Origin: Alphaproteobacteria bacterium
GTDB lineage: Bacteria; Pseudomonadota; Alphaproteobacteria; Rs-D84
DNA: 64,000 nt
NCBI GenBank assembly: GCA_017549445.1
Contig: JAFYUU010000019.1
Coordinates: 1,114-65,113 of the forward strand
Reading direction: 5' to 3'
Shown: in pieces, positions 55,375-63,920 of the stretch
How positions within the stretch are numbered: the first letter of the stretch is position 1
Layout of the letters: each line of letters begins with the position of its first letter
Made by a program: the position numbers and the translations under genes
The notes under the pieces: generated by a model
What the model was told of the DNA's origin: nothing
What the model saw: only the letters and a program-made list of their open reading frames with translations
The model's database searches: none

Positions 55375-56561
55375 TTAACTTTACCAATCCAAGTACACAG
55401 ATAGTCCATATGAACCAATCTTTGTGTGTTTACCATATTTTGTTCTTGCGGGAATTCATGCTGATAGTCCTTGGGACAATATGGATCCTTGCACAAAAAT
55501 GACTTATCGCCTGTTTGCACTGCATTAAACAGATAAGATCTGGCCGCACATCCACCACCACACACATCTACTTTTTCACACCCCGCACATCCACGTAACA
55601 TTTCTGGATTTGCATTTCGTTGCCTAAACACCTTAAATTCATCTGAATTTATAATGTCTGATAATTCGTGTGTTAACAGGTCTTGTGAAGATTTATAATC
55701 ATGCATATAAACACACGGCGAAACAAAAATTTTCCCGTCTGGCGTAATAGAGTGAATCCTGAAACTTGATATTCCACATGGACAACGTTTTGAATTTTTT
55801 TGTCCTGTCACTGTTCTCAACACACTTTCACCATTTTCTACATTATCACAGTGTTGCATCAAATACTGAAACCCATCATAAAACTGTTTAATAGACATAA
55901 CGTATTTCATTTGTAGCGAATTTAAGGGTTTCATCGTATTGATACGAATAAAAGCATCGTATTTCTTGCATAATTCTATTAGCGCTGACAAGTGTCTTTC
56001 TGTAAAATTCCAATTCATGCCAGCCATAATGACACTGTGCGCTTTTCCAGTTTGCTTGCAAATATCTAAACATTGAATGGCATCATCATATAAGTCATCG
56101 CCACGATTGGCATTATGTTCTTCTTTGAATGGCGAATCCAAACTTATATCAAAATCATTTATTTTTTCATAAATATCAGGGCGATATTTATACAGATACA
56201 ATAATGTATCACCACTGGTGGTAATTCCCGCCGATAACCCATACGAATCCAAACGTTCTATTATATATGGCAACAGAGAATCTTTAACATTTGGGCCGTT
56301 CGTAAAGATTGGCTCGTTTCCACCAAGATTTATTGTTTCAACATTGTTCTTGGCCAATTGTTCTACTATTCTATCTACAATTTCAGGCGTCATATTAGCA
56401 CCAAGACGGCGGGCAGACATAGAATAACAATGCTTGCACTTATGCGGACAATAATTTCCCAGTGTCCAACCAACATTTTTTATTACCGATGGGGTCTCTG
56501 GGGCGTTACCAAATTCGGTAACAGGACCACGTACCTTGTAATGTTCAGTTGAGTTATACAT
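55371..56561 (-). CDS. radical SAM protein with C-terminal SPASM-type auxiliary cluster domain
   Basis: 396 aa. CPHKCKHC is a CxxxCxxC motif. GGNEP is present. The C-terminus reads CPCG...SPC...CAGCEKVDVCGGGCAARS. Confidence 0.8.
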   Translation of the reverse strand: MYNSTEHYKVRGPVTEFGNAPETPSVIKNVGWTLGNYCPHKCKHCYSMSARRLGANMTPEIVDRIVEQLAKNNVETINLGGNEPIFTNGPNVKDSLLPYIIERLDSYGLSAGITTSGDTLLYLYKYRPDIYEKINDFDISLDSPFKEEHNANRGDDLYDDAIQCLDICKQTGKAHSVIMAGMNWNFTERHLSALIELCKKYDAFIRINTMKPLNSLQMKYVMSIKQFYDGFQYLMQHCDNVENGESVLRTVTGQKNSKRCPCGISSFRIHSITPDGKIFVSPCVYMHDYKSSQDLLTHELSDIINSDEFKVFRQRNANPEMLRGCAGCEKVDVCGGGCAARSYLFNAVQTGDKSFLCKDPYCPKDYQHEFPQEQNMVNTQRLVHMDYLCTWIGKVK

Positions 56562-56562
56562 A

Positions 56563-58146
56563 TCATTTCACCTTTATAAATGGGTTTACTGCCGCCTTGT
56601 ATTGTAATCGTGCTTTGCGATATAATTCGTCTGTTTTTGACTCTTGTTTATAAAAGAATCCTCTGTTGTTTTCTATTGATTTTTCTACAAAACTTGCAAC
56701 CGTTGTGGCACTTGCATTACTGTCAACCAAATCTAATATTTTGCACATAATATCTAAATCCAGTTGTCGTATTTTTAAGTATTCAACATAAAAATCTGAC
56801 ATTTCTGATTTTGTAAGTGCCTTTGGCGATGTAAGCGGGTCTATTGCCTTGTCATAAAAAGCCATATGCACTGTGTGCCAACGCTTCAGGGCATCATACG
56901 CTATTTTGGCCCTATCGTCTAATATTCTATAATTGTAATTCCCCAACACTGGATTTTCACTGGTCACAATATTATTTCTGGAAACTTTCTGTTGAAACGC
57001 CGTACCAGTTGCTGCAAACATTTCTGTAAAAATACCCTTGCTTATAATCCAATCATATTTCTGCATATATTCATAGTTCTCTTGCAACTCAACCAGTGTG
57101 GTATAAGGATCAAATAATATCTGGCCTGCTTGGACATAAAAGTCATGTTTCTTAAACAAATCTAATGCCATGCAATTTTGTTCAACCGATGCACCCTTGG
57201 CCATTCGTTTCAACGCAGTTGTGGAAAAATTTTCTATTCCGCATGAGAATGAGAAAAAACCAGCACGTTTTAATTCTGCGAGCACTTCATCTGTTACCCT
57301 GTCGGCACGTATTGAGCCACGTAAATCAAAGACAAGACCATATTCTTGCATTTTGTTTGCAAAATCGCGACACCATTGTGCTTCCCTGTCACCATCAACA
57401 AAGGAATCGTCAATAACTTTGATATGTTGCACACCTAAACTTTTCAAATACCGCATTTCAGATATAATATTATCTATGCTACGCCCACGCCATTTTGGGG
57501 ACTTTGACAGTATAAAAAAAGAATTTATACTACAAAAAGAGCAATAACCCGTACAACCACGTGCCGTCAACAGGTGTATGGGTGTACGTTTATCTATTGC
57601 GATTTTTACCGTATCACGAACTGGGATTGGCAGGTCGTCCAGCGGGCTTAATAACTTTACAATGGGATTATGCGTATTTTTGGTATTTTCTTTATAACTT
57701 AGATTCTTAATACCTGAAACAGGGGTTTTATCTTGTAACGCTTGTGCTAAATCACAAATCGCCTGCTCGCCCTCGCCACGAATTACGAAATCAAATCCGC
57801 TGTCTAAAAATAAGTCTGGACTAAAAGTGGGGCCAAAACCACCTGCAACAAAGGTAATGTTTTTTTGTTGCTTTACAGCATCCAATGTCTTTAACGCCTG
57901 ATCTATATTGGATTGATACGCAGAAACACCAATGAACAAAGGATCTTTGTCTTGTAAAATCTTATTTGCCAATTCGTCTGACGTCCAGCCATTTAGCCAA
58001 GCATCTAAAATTTTTACCTCAAATCCATTTTTTTGTAAAACTGCAGACAAATACCCCAGCCCCAGATTTTCTTCTGCAGTTCTATGACTGATGGGTGCTG
58101 GGGTTGCTAAGATAATAAAATTATTTTTGTTCTGCGTATTTTGCAA
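56563..58146 (-). CDS. B12-binding-domain radical SAM protein (class B)
   Basis: 527 aa. The N-terminal Rossmann-like region reads FIILATPAP...LGLGYLSAVL...FIGVSA...VAGG. RGCTGYCSFCS is a CxxxCxxC motif. Confidence 0.8.
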   Translation of the reverse strand: MQNTQNKNNFIILATPAPISHRTAEENLGLGYLSAVLQKNGFEVKILDAWLNGWTSDELANKILQDKDPLFIGVSAYQSNIDQALKTLDAVKQQKNITFVAGGFGPTFSPDLFLDSGFDFVIRGEGEQAICDLAQALQDKTPVSGIKNLSYKENTKNTHNPIVKLLSPLDDLPIPVRDTVKIAIDKRTPIHLLTARGCTGYCSFCSINSFFILSKSPKWRGRSIDNIISEMRYLKSLGVQHIKVIDDSFVDGDREAQWCRDFANKMQEYGLVFDLRGSIRADRVTDEVLAELKRAGFFSFSCGIENFSTTALKRMAKGASVEQNCMALDLFKKHDFYVQAGQILFDPYTTLVELQENYEYMQKYDWIISKGIFTEMFAATGTAFQQKVSRNNIVTSENPVLGNYNYRILDDRAKIAYDALKRWHTVHMAFYDKAIDPLTSPKALTKSEMSDFYVEYLKIRQLDLDIMCKILDLVDSNASATTVASFVEKSIENNRGFFYKQESKTDELYRKARLQYKAAVNPFIKVK

Positions 58147-58528
58147 TTTCGGCCTTTAAGCTGGGGTCTGCGGACATATCTGCAAATTCTGCAGGATCTA
58201 TCCACTTATATTCTGTATGTTCGCTTGACAGTTTTACTTCTCCCCCCAGATATTTTGCCAACAGCGTAATACCAACAGTCTGTCTTTCTTTTGCTGGCGT
58301 CATAAATGACCACAATGACCACGGTCTAAATTCGATTTCTACATCAAGCCCCGTTTCTTCAAAAACTTCGCGTTTAATACCATCTGTTGTTTTTTCGCCA
58401 TACTCTATTTTCCCGCCTGGGATATCCCATAATTCGGCATAAACATCTTCTTCGCAACTGCGCTTCAGAACTAAAATCTTATCGTCTTTATGTATAATTG
58501 CCTTCAACGCAACCTTAAATTCCGCCAT
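58121..58528 (-). CDS. Nudix hydrolase
   Basis: 135 aa with the exact Nudix box GGKIEYGEKTTDGIKREVFEETGL. An AGGGAG RBS is present. Confidence 0.85.
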   Translation of the reverse strand: MAEFKVALKAIIHKDDKILVLKRSCEEDVYAELWDIPGGKIEYGEKTTDGIKREVFEETGLDVEIEFRPWSLWSFMTPAKERQTVGITLLAKYLGGEVKLSSEHTEYKWIDPAEFADMSADPSLKAEIAKYAEQK

Positions 58529-58550
58529 TTGTCACTCCCTGTATGCGAGC

Positions 58551-58578
58551 ATAGTACCGCATAAATTCATAAAATCAA
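58551..58578 (-). promoter_or_regulatory. sigma70-like promoter of the Nudix-rSAM operon (TTGATT-N16-TACTAT)
   Basis: -35 is the reverse complement of 58573-58578 and -10 is the reverse complement of 58551-58556. The 14-mer TTGATTTTATGAAT is identical to the one in the rubrerythrin promoter. Confidence 0.45.
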
Positions 58579-58689
58579 GTTTTATTGACTGACAATTTGT
58601 ATTCCATTACCACTCAACTCATTTGAAAAAAATTCCAAAATTTGCTACTAATAGTATGGGCGGTGGAATTATGGCGAAGTGTCCGGCTA

Positions 58690-58723
58690 AAAACAAACCC
58701 TCGACTAATATTGTCGAGGGTTT
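58690..58723 (-). terminator. terminator of tRNA-Ser(GGA)
   Basis: AAACCCTCGAC-TAATATT-GTCGAGGGTTT with GTTTTT on the minus strand. Confidence 0.7.
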
Positions 58724-58730
58724 AATTATT

Positions 58731-58740
58731 TCTGGCGGAG
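58731..58740. repeat. TCTGGCGGAG at the tRNA-Ser(GGA) 3' end, partner of 52392-52401
   Basis: Exact 10-bp direct repeat. Confidence 0.35.
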
Positions 58741-58824
58741 ACGAAGGGATTCGAACCCTTGATACCCCTTGCGAGTATACTACATTTCCAATGTAGCGCA
58801 CTAGACCAACTATGCGACGTCTCC
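58733..58824 (-). tRNA. tRNA-Ser(GGA), CCA encoded
   Basis: Reverse complement: GGAGACG TC GCATAGTTGGTCTAGTGCG CTACA TTGGAAA TGTAG, a long variable arm, AAGGG TTCGAAT CCCTT CGTCTCC G CCA. Total 92 nt. Confidence 0.9.
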
Positions 58825-58831
58825 GGATTGA

Positions 58832-59215
58832 TTATTCTGCGTCTGGGGTTTCTTCGGACGTTTCTTCTGATTCAACAGCTACTTCGCCCATGTCGTCCGC
58901 AGTCAATGTGTTCGCCAATTCTGCGTCAATTTCACGCAATAATGGATCTTCGGTGCCAACCTCTAACGATGCATCACCATCTTCAACAGATGGGGTTTCC
59001 TTGTAGGACTGGACAAATTCGTGACGAATTGCATTTACATCTAATTTGCCACTGGCAATTTCACGCAGGGCAACAACCGTCAATTTATCGTCACAACGTT
59101 CAACCACAGGATCCGCACCACCGTCCAAATCACGGACACGTTGTGAGGCCAACATCCCCAGTTCATAACGGCTTTCTACGTATGGTAATGTATCAGAATT
59201 TGTTGTGCGAGCCAT
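58832..59215 (-). CDS. rpoZ: DNA-directed RNA polymerase omega subunit
   Basis: Start at MARTTNSDTLPYVESRYELGMLASQRVRDL. An acidic C-terminal tail follows. The track ORF adds 41 unlikely residues. Confidence 0.8.
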   Translation of the reverse strand: MARTTNSDTLPYVESRYELGMLASQRVRDLDGGADPVVERCDDKLTVVALREIASGKLDVNAIRHEFVQSYKETPSVEDGDASLEVGTEDPLLREIDAELANTLTADDMGEVAVESEETSEETPDAE

Positions 59216-59295
59216 CTTAAATCCTTTGTTGAAATCGTTTTTAGCGTGGTTATAATGCATTATAGTTAGCAAAAAAGCAAGCAGAAAATATAAAA

Positions 59296-60531
59296 ATGAG
59301 TATAAAAACACTTTCTTTTGGTTGTCGCCTGAACGCATTAGAGGCGGAAAAGATTAAAAATATGCTGGCACCGGCAATAGATACAGCCGTGGTGGTCAAT
59401 ACTTGTGCCGTCACAGCCGAGGCCGAACGGCAATCCGGTCAGGCCGTCAGACGCATCGCACGAGAAAATCCAAACGCACCTATTTTCGTCACGGGTTGTG
59501 CGGTGACACGTAATCCGGCACTGTTTCAGGATATTGAAAACACACTGATTGTAGATAATTTTAACAAGCGGAATCCAAACGCATACATTGAACAATACGC
59601 ACGTGGGGCGTGCCACATCAAAAACCCCAGCATTGATAATTTTCACCAAGAAAATGCACAGCTGTCCAAGCAATTTATTCAGATACAAAACGGTTGCAAT
59701 CACGACTGCACATACTGTGTGACACGGCTGTTGCGGGGACGTGGGGTTTCATTTGATTATCAAGAGATTCTGGCCGATGCACAAAATGCCGTAAAAAATG
59801 GGTTTGGCGAAATTGTTCTGACGGGGGTTGATTTGGCTTCATACGTTCGGGTGTATGACGGCAAGCCGTTCTTGATTTCGGATTTGTGCAAAAAACTGTT
59901 GCAGGACGTGCCAGAAATCAAACGCCTGCGTTTATCGTCTGTTGATCCGGCGGTGCCAGATGTGTCAAATATAATTGAACTGATTAAACAAGACAGACGT
60001 ATGATGCCACATCTGCATTTCTCGATGCAATCTGGGTCGGACACCATTCTGAAATTGATGCGAAGACGGCACACAGCACAACGAGTGCGGGATTTAGTCA
60101 ACCAAGCAGACGGACAGATAACGTTCAGTTGGGATATTATTTGTGGATTCCCAGGGGAAACAGAAGAACTGTTTAACGAAACGGTGCAGTTGGCCCGTGA
60201 AACACGTCCAATCAAGATTCATGCGTTTCCTTTTTCCCCACGGCCGGGGACGGTGGCGGAATCAATGCCAATGCAGATAAATCGTAATATTTCCAAGCAA
60301 CGTGTGCGGATTATAACAGACATTGCAAATGCCAACAGACGTGAGTTTATGCGGGCAAAAATGAGGCAACCTGTTCAAGTATTGGTTGAAGAAAACAACA
60401 TTGCCCGTTGTCCACACGACATTTCTGTAAAAATTGATGGACCTGCCATGCTGGCACGGACAATTTGCGATGTTGAATTAGTGGACATTGTTGGAGATGT
60501 TTATATGGGGAAAATTCTTGCAAAACAGTGA
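59296..60531 (+). CDS. mtaB: MiaB/RimO-family methylthiotransferase, MtaB-like
   Basis: 411 aa. The UPF0004 N-domain reads TLSFGCRLNALEAE...NTCAVT...TGC. The radical SAM motif is GCNHDCTYC. A C-terminal TRAM-like region follows. Confidence 0.75.
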   Translation: MSIKTLSFGCRLNALEAEKIKNMLAPAIDTAVVVNTCAVTAEAERQSGQAVRRIARENPNAPIFVTGCAVTRNPALFQDIENTLIVDNFNKRNPNAYIEQYARGACHIKNPSIDNFHQENAQLSKQFIQIQNGCNHDCTYCVTRLLRGRGVSFDYQEILADAQNAVKNGFGEIVLTGVDLASYVRVYDGKPFLISDLCKKLLQDVPEIKRLRLSSVDPAVPDVSNIIELIKQDRRMMPHLHFSMQSGSDTILKLMRRRHTAQRVRDLVNQADGQITFSWDIICGFPGETEELFNETVQLARETRPIKIHAFPFSPRPGTVAESMPMQINRNISKQRVRIITDIANANRREFMRAKMRQPVQVLVEENNIARCPHDISVKIDGPAMLARTICDVELVDIVGDVYMGKILAKQ

Positions 60532-60558
60532 ACGATATACTATATGTGAAAAAGAGGT

Positions 60559-61002
60559 ATGATTATGAAAAAACAAAAAGAATCATTTCGGAACGTAGTT
60601 CCATTTTGCGGTGTATTATTGTTTTTGGGTGTTGGGTTGGCCATTGCCGCTAATACCTATCAGCCGGGCGAAAGCATTAAAAGAAATGAACGCAAGGCAG
60701 TAGATGCACTGTATGATTCCACCCTAAATGCTAGATTGGTGACGTATTATGACCTGCATCGTGACCTTATGTGTGCAAAAAATCGTGGGACAATAGCTAT
60801 ACACACACCAAAAAAATTGCGTCCATTACATCCACAGTATCACACCAGAATCAAACGGGTGTATCCAGAAATTGACAGGAACACACCATTAACACTGATT
60901 ACATACAAAGAACATCTGGACGCATATGCACGTGACAGTGTCGAGACAAGGTATCAATACCTGCGTGATATGATAAACAAACAGAATACACGGCAAAAAT
61001 AA
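60559..61002 (+). CDS. membrane-anchored hypothetical protein
   Basis: 147 aa with an N-terminal TM helix (VVPFCGVLLFLGVGLAIAA). Confidence 0.45.
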   Translation: MIMKKQKESFRNVVPFCGVLLFLGVGLAIAANTYQPGESIKRNERKAVDALYDSTLNARLVTYYDLHRDLMCAKNRGTIAIHTPKKLRPLHPQYHTRIKRVYPEIDRNTPLTLITYKEHLDAYARDSVETRYQYLRDMINKQNTRQK

Positions 61003-61003
61003 C

Positions 61004-61030
61004 CAACCCGCATTGTGCGGGTTGTTTTTT
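61004..61030 (+). terminator. rho-independent terminator
   Basis: CAACCCGCA-TTG-TGCGGGTTG followed by TTTTTT. Confidence 0.7.
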
Positions 61031-61078
61031 ATAAATTTTATAATTGAAATACACGATAATACTGCTATTATTTCCCAC

Positions 61079-62260
61079 ATGAGAAAAAGTTTATTTGCAC
61101 TGATTTTAAGTATGATTGTCTGTGTGGCAAATGCCGATACAGAATTCAAGACCAAGGCCAAATCTGCACTGCTGATTGACTATGATTCCGGGGCAGAGAT
61201 TTTCGCCAAAGATGCCGATGTTTTAATGCCACCTTCGTCTATGATTAAACTGATGACGTTGGCGGTGCTGTTTGATGAATTAAAGGCCGGAACCATCACA
61301 ATGGATACACGATTTACAGTCAGCGAAAATGCCGACTATGAAAATCCGCTGTGGTATCCAGCCAGTAAAATTTGTCTGGTCAAAGGTCAGACAATTACCG
61401 TGCGTGATTTGATTTTGGGGCTGATTGTGTTGTCGGGGGGCGATGCGTCCGTGGTGATTGCAGAACATCTGGCCGGGACAGAAAGTGCCTTCACCGCCAA
61501 AATGACCGAAAAAGCACGCAGTATTGGTATGCCGTTATCTTCGTTCGGTAATGCAAGTGGTCTGCCGAATCCAAATAATTTGATGACCAGTCGGGAACTG
61601 GCCACGTTGGCGGTGCATTTAATTGGGGACTATCCAGAACTGTATCCAATGTTTGCAACAAAACGGTTCGAATTTGACGAGCATAAAACAGAATGGTGCC
61701 AAGAATGGGGACGGACACACACGGTGAACTATAACAAATTGCTGTTTAATATGCCGGGGGCAGATGGTCTGAAAACGGGCCACACGTCTGATGGCGGATA
61801 CGGTATGGTTGCCAGTGCCAAGGTTGGCGGACGGCGGTTGGTCGGTGTGATAAACGGATTCAACGGCAAAGGACACGATGCGTTGGCAAACGAAATGAAA
61901 AAGTTATTAAACCATGGTTTTGCAACAACGATGAACAAGACGTTTTTCCAACCTGGGGATACGGTTGCCCAAATCCCCGTATGGTATGGCAAGCAAGACA
62001 CCGTTGATGCAACCGTTGTCAAGCCGTTTGCAGTGACACTGGGCAAGAACAAAGGACTGGCGGGGGTGCGGGTGCTGGCACGGTTTAACGAGCCACTGAA
62101 CGCCCCGATAAATGCAGGCGATGAAATCGGGCAACTGATTGCGGAACAAGACGGGGTTGTGGTGGCACAAATGCCACTGGTCGCCAAAGACAGGGTTCGC
62201 AAAATTCAATTCTTGGGACGTGTGATTAAAAACATTATGGTAATGTGTGGGGGACAATAA
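61079..62260 (+). CDS. D-alanyl-D-alanine carboxypeptidase (PBP5/6-like, S11)
   Basis: Start at MRKSLFALILSMIVCVANA. SxxK motif (PPSSMIKLMT), LSGGDAS and KTGHT are present. Confidence 0.85.
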   Translation: MRKSLFALILSMIVCVANADTEFKTKAKSALLIDYDSGAEIFAKDADVLMPPSSMIKLMTLAVLFDELKAGTITMDTRFTVSENADYENPLWYPASKICLVKGQTITVRDLILGLIVLSGGDASVVIAEHLAGTESAFTAKMTEKARSIGMPLSSFGNASGLPNPNNLMTSRELATLAVHLIGDYPELYPMFATKRFEFDEHKTEWCQEWGRTHTVNYNKLLFNMPGADGLKTGHTSDGGYGMVASAKVGGRRLVGVINGFNGKGHDALANEMKKLLNHGFATTMNKTFFQPGDTVAQIPVWYGKQDTVDATVVKPFAVTLGKNKGLAGVRVLARFNEPLNAPINAGDEIGQLIAEQDGVVVAQMPLVAKDRVRKIQFLGRVIKNIMVMCGGQ

Positions 62261-62263
62261 AAT

Positions 62264-63169
62264 ATGGCACCACGTAAAAAGAAAACTGTGGAATTTAACT
62301 TTCCCCATCCGATGGACAATGATGTCTTGGTCGGACACGGCGATACATTGCAATCCTTTATGGATGCGTGGAACAATCGGGAAACACACCCTATTCATCC
62401 GGTGTGGATGCTGACTGGGCCACGTGGCATCGGCAAGGCAACACTGGCATACAAAATCGCAAAGATGGTGTATGGTAATGTTGGGGACTTTTTCATCATA
62501 GATTTAGACAGAAATCTGGACAAAGATGGCAAATTGAAACCAGACGGAAAATCAATTTCTGTATTCACGGTGCGGGCGATGATTGAACGTATGCAGATGT
62601 CGTCTATGTCGGGACAATGGCGGGTGATTCTGATTGATGCCGTGGATGAGTTGAATACCGCTTCGTCAAATGCAATTCTGAAATTATTGGAAGAACCGCC
62701 GGCAAAAACACTGTTCCTGTTGGTGGTGCACCAGTTGTCAAACGTCCTGCCAACGGTGCGATCACGGGCCAGAGTTGAAAAAATGAGACCTTTGAGCATT
62801 TCGCAACTGCGTGAACTGTGTATAAAATTCTTGCCGGAAGAAGATGTCAGCACCGAGACACTGAAACTGGCCAACGGCAGTTTTGGAAAAATCGCAAATC
62901 TGAAAATGTCGGGTGGAGATGAAATTTATGATGCGTTATTAGAACTGCTGAATAATAAATACGCAGACCCTGATGACGTGATGAATATGGCAAAGAAAAT
63001 TGCGGTGGCACCTGAACTGTATCCGATTGTACTGGATGCGGTGGCTTATTTTGGGTTGGCGGATTTGTATCCACAGATTACACACGCAATCGCAAATATG
63101 GTGCGACTGAATCTGGAACCAGAAACCGCAATCTTTAAGATGATTATGGAAATTAAAAAATGTTTATAG
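62264..63169 (+). CDS. holB: DNA polymerase III subunit delta prime
   Basis: 301 aa. Contains HPVWMLTGPRGIGKATLAYKIAK and NAILKLLEEPP, plus an SRxxxxxxR sensor region. Confidence 0.8.
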   Translation: MAPRKKKTVEFNFPHPMDNDVLVGHGDTLQSFMDAWNNRETHPIHPVWMLTGPRGIGKATLAYKIAKMVYGNVGDFFIIDLDRNLDKDGKLKPDGKSISVFTVRAMIERMQMSSMSGQWRVILIDAVDELNTASSNAILKLLEEPPAKTLFLLVVHQLSNVLPTVRSRARVEKMRPLSISQLRELCIKFLPEEDVSTETLKLANGSFGKIANLKMSGGDEIYDALLELLNNKYADPDDVMNMAKKIAVAPELYPIVLDAVAYFGLADLYPQITHAIANMVRLNLEPETAIFKMIMEIKKCL

Positions 63170-63918
63170 ATACTCATTGTCATTTGACCGACAGACACTG
63201 TGCAGATGGGGATGCTGATCACGCCATCGATGAAGCAAAAAGTGCCGGTGTTGGGGTTATCGTTTGCCCAACGGCAGATCCTGCCGATATTGTCAGTGCG
63301 TTGCATATCGCACATATGCATGACAATGTGTTCTGCACCATTGGGATTCACCCAGAATACGCAGGCGTAAATCCACTGGATTTTCTGACCGATGACATTT
63401 TGCAGGACGAACGTGTTATCGGAATTGGCGAAATTGGTTTGGACTATCACTGGGGCGATGACAATAAAAAAGCCCAAATCGCACTGTTCGAACAACAGTT
63501 GGACATCGCACGCAGGCACAAAATGCCCGTTGCAATTCATACACGAGATGCCGAAGAAGATACCGCCAAAATCTTGTCGGGGGACGTGTGTGGGGTTATG
63601 CACTGCTTTACCAGTTCGTGGGATTTGGCGAAAAAGATGCTGGATCGTGGGTTTATGTTTTCTGCCAGTGGAATTTTAACCTTTAAGAACGCAGGGGATA
63701 TTCGGGACACGTTTGCAAAGATTCCAAATGACCGGATTGTAATTGAAACCGACAGCCCATACTGTGCACCGGTGCCGTATCGTGGACAGCACTGTCGCCC
63801 AGCAATGGTGATTGAGACCGCACGGGTATTGGCTGATGTCAAGGGTATAAGTATGGCCGAAATTGAACATATTTTAGAAGAAAACACAAAAAGGTTATAC
63901 CCAAAGATGCATTTGTAA
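63160..63918 (+). CDS. tatD: TatD-family metal-dependent hydrolase
   Basis: 252 aa. Contains MFIDTHCHL, IGEIGLDYHW, VAIHTRDA and ETDSPY. Confidence 0.9.
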   Translation: MFIDTHCHLTDRHCADGDADHAIDEAKSAGVGVIVCPTADPADIVSALHIAHMHDNVFCTIGIHPEYAGVNPLDFLTDDILQDERVIGIGEIGLDYHWGDDNKKAQIALFEQQLDIARRHKMPVAIHTRDAEEDTAKILSGDVCGVMHCFTSSWDLAKKMLDRGFMFSASGILTFKNAGDIRDTFAKIPNDRIVIETDSPYCAPVPYRGQHCRPAMVIETARVLADVKGISMAEIEHILEENTKRLYPKMHL

Positions 63919-63920
63919 AA

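Noticed and set aside
55371-56561. Considered a prokaryotic viperin (pVip) because a radical SAM gene lies next to a nucleotide kinase.
   Set aside because: The protein has a C-terminal multi-Cys SPASM-type domain. It lacks the viperin-like N-terminal motif context and size. A homology search is needed before any viperin claim.
54418-58146. Considered the futalosine menaquinone pathway (two rSAM enzymes MqnC/MqnE plus an amidohydrolase-type deaminase).
   Set aside because: MqnC and MqnE lack B12-binding and SPASM domains. No MqnA, MqnB or MqnD candidates are nearby. The Nudix and Tmk partners do not fit.
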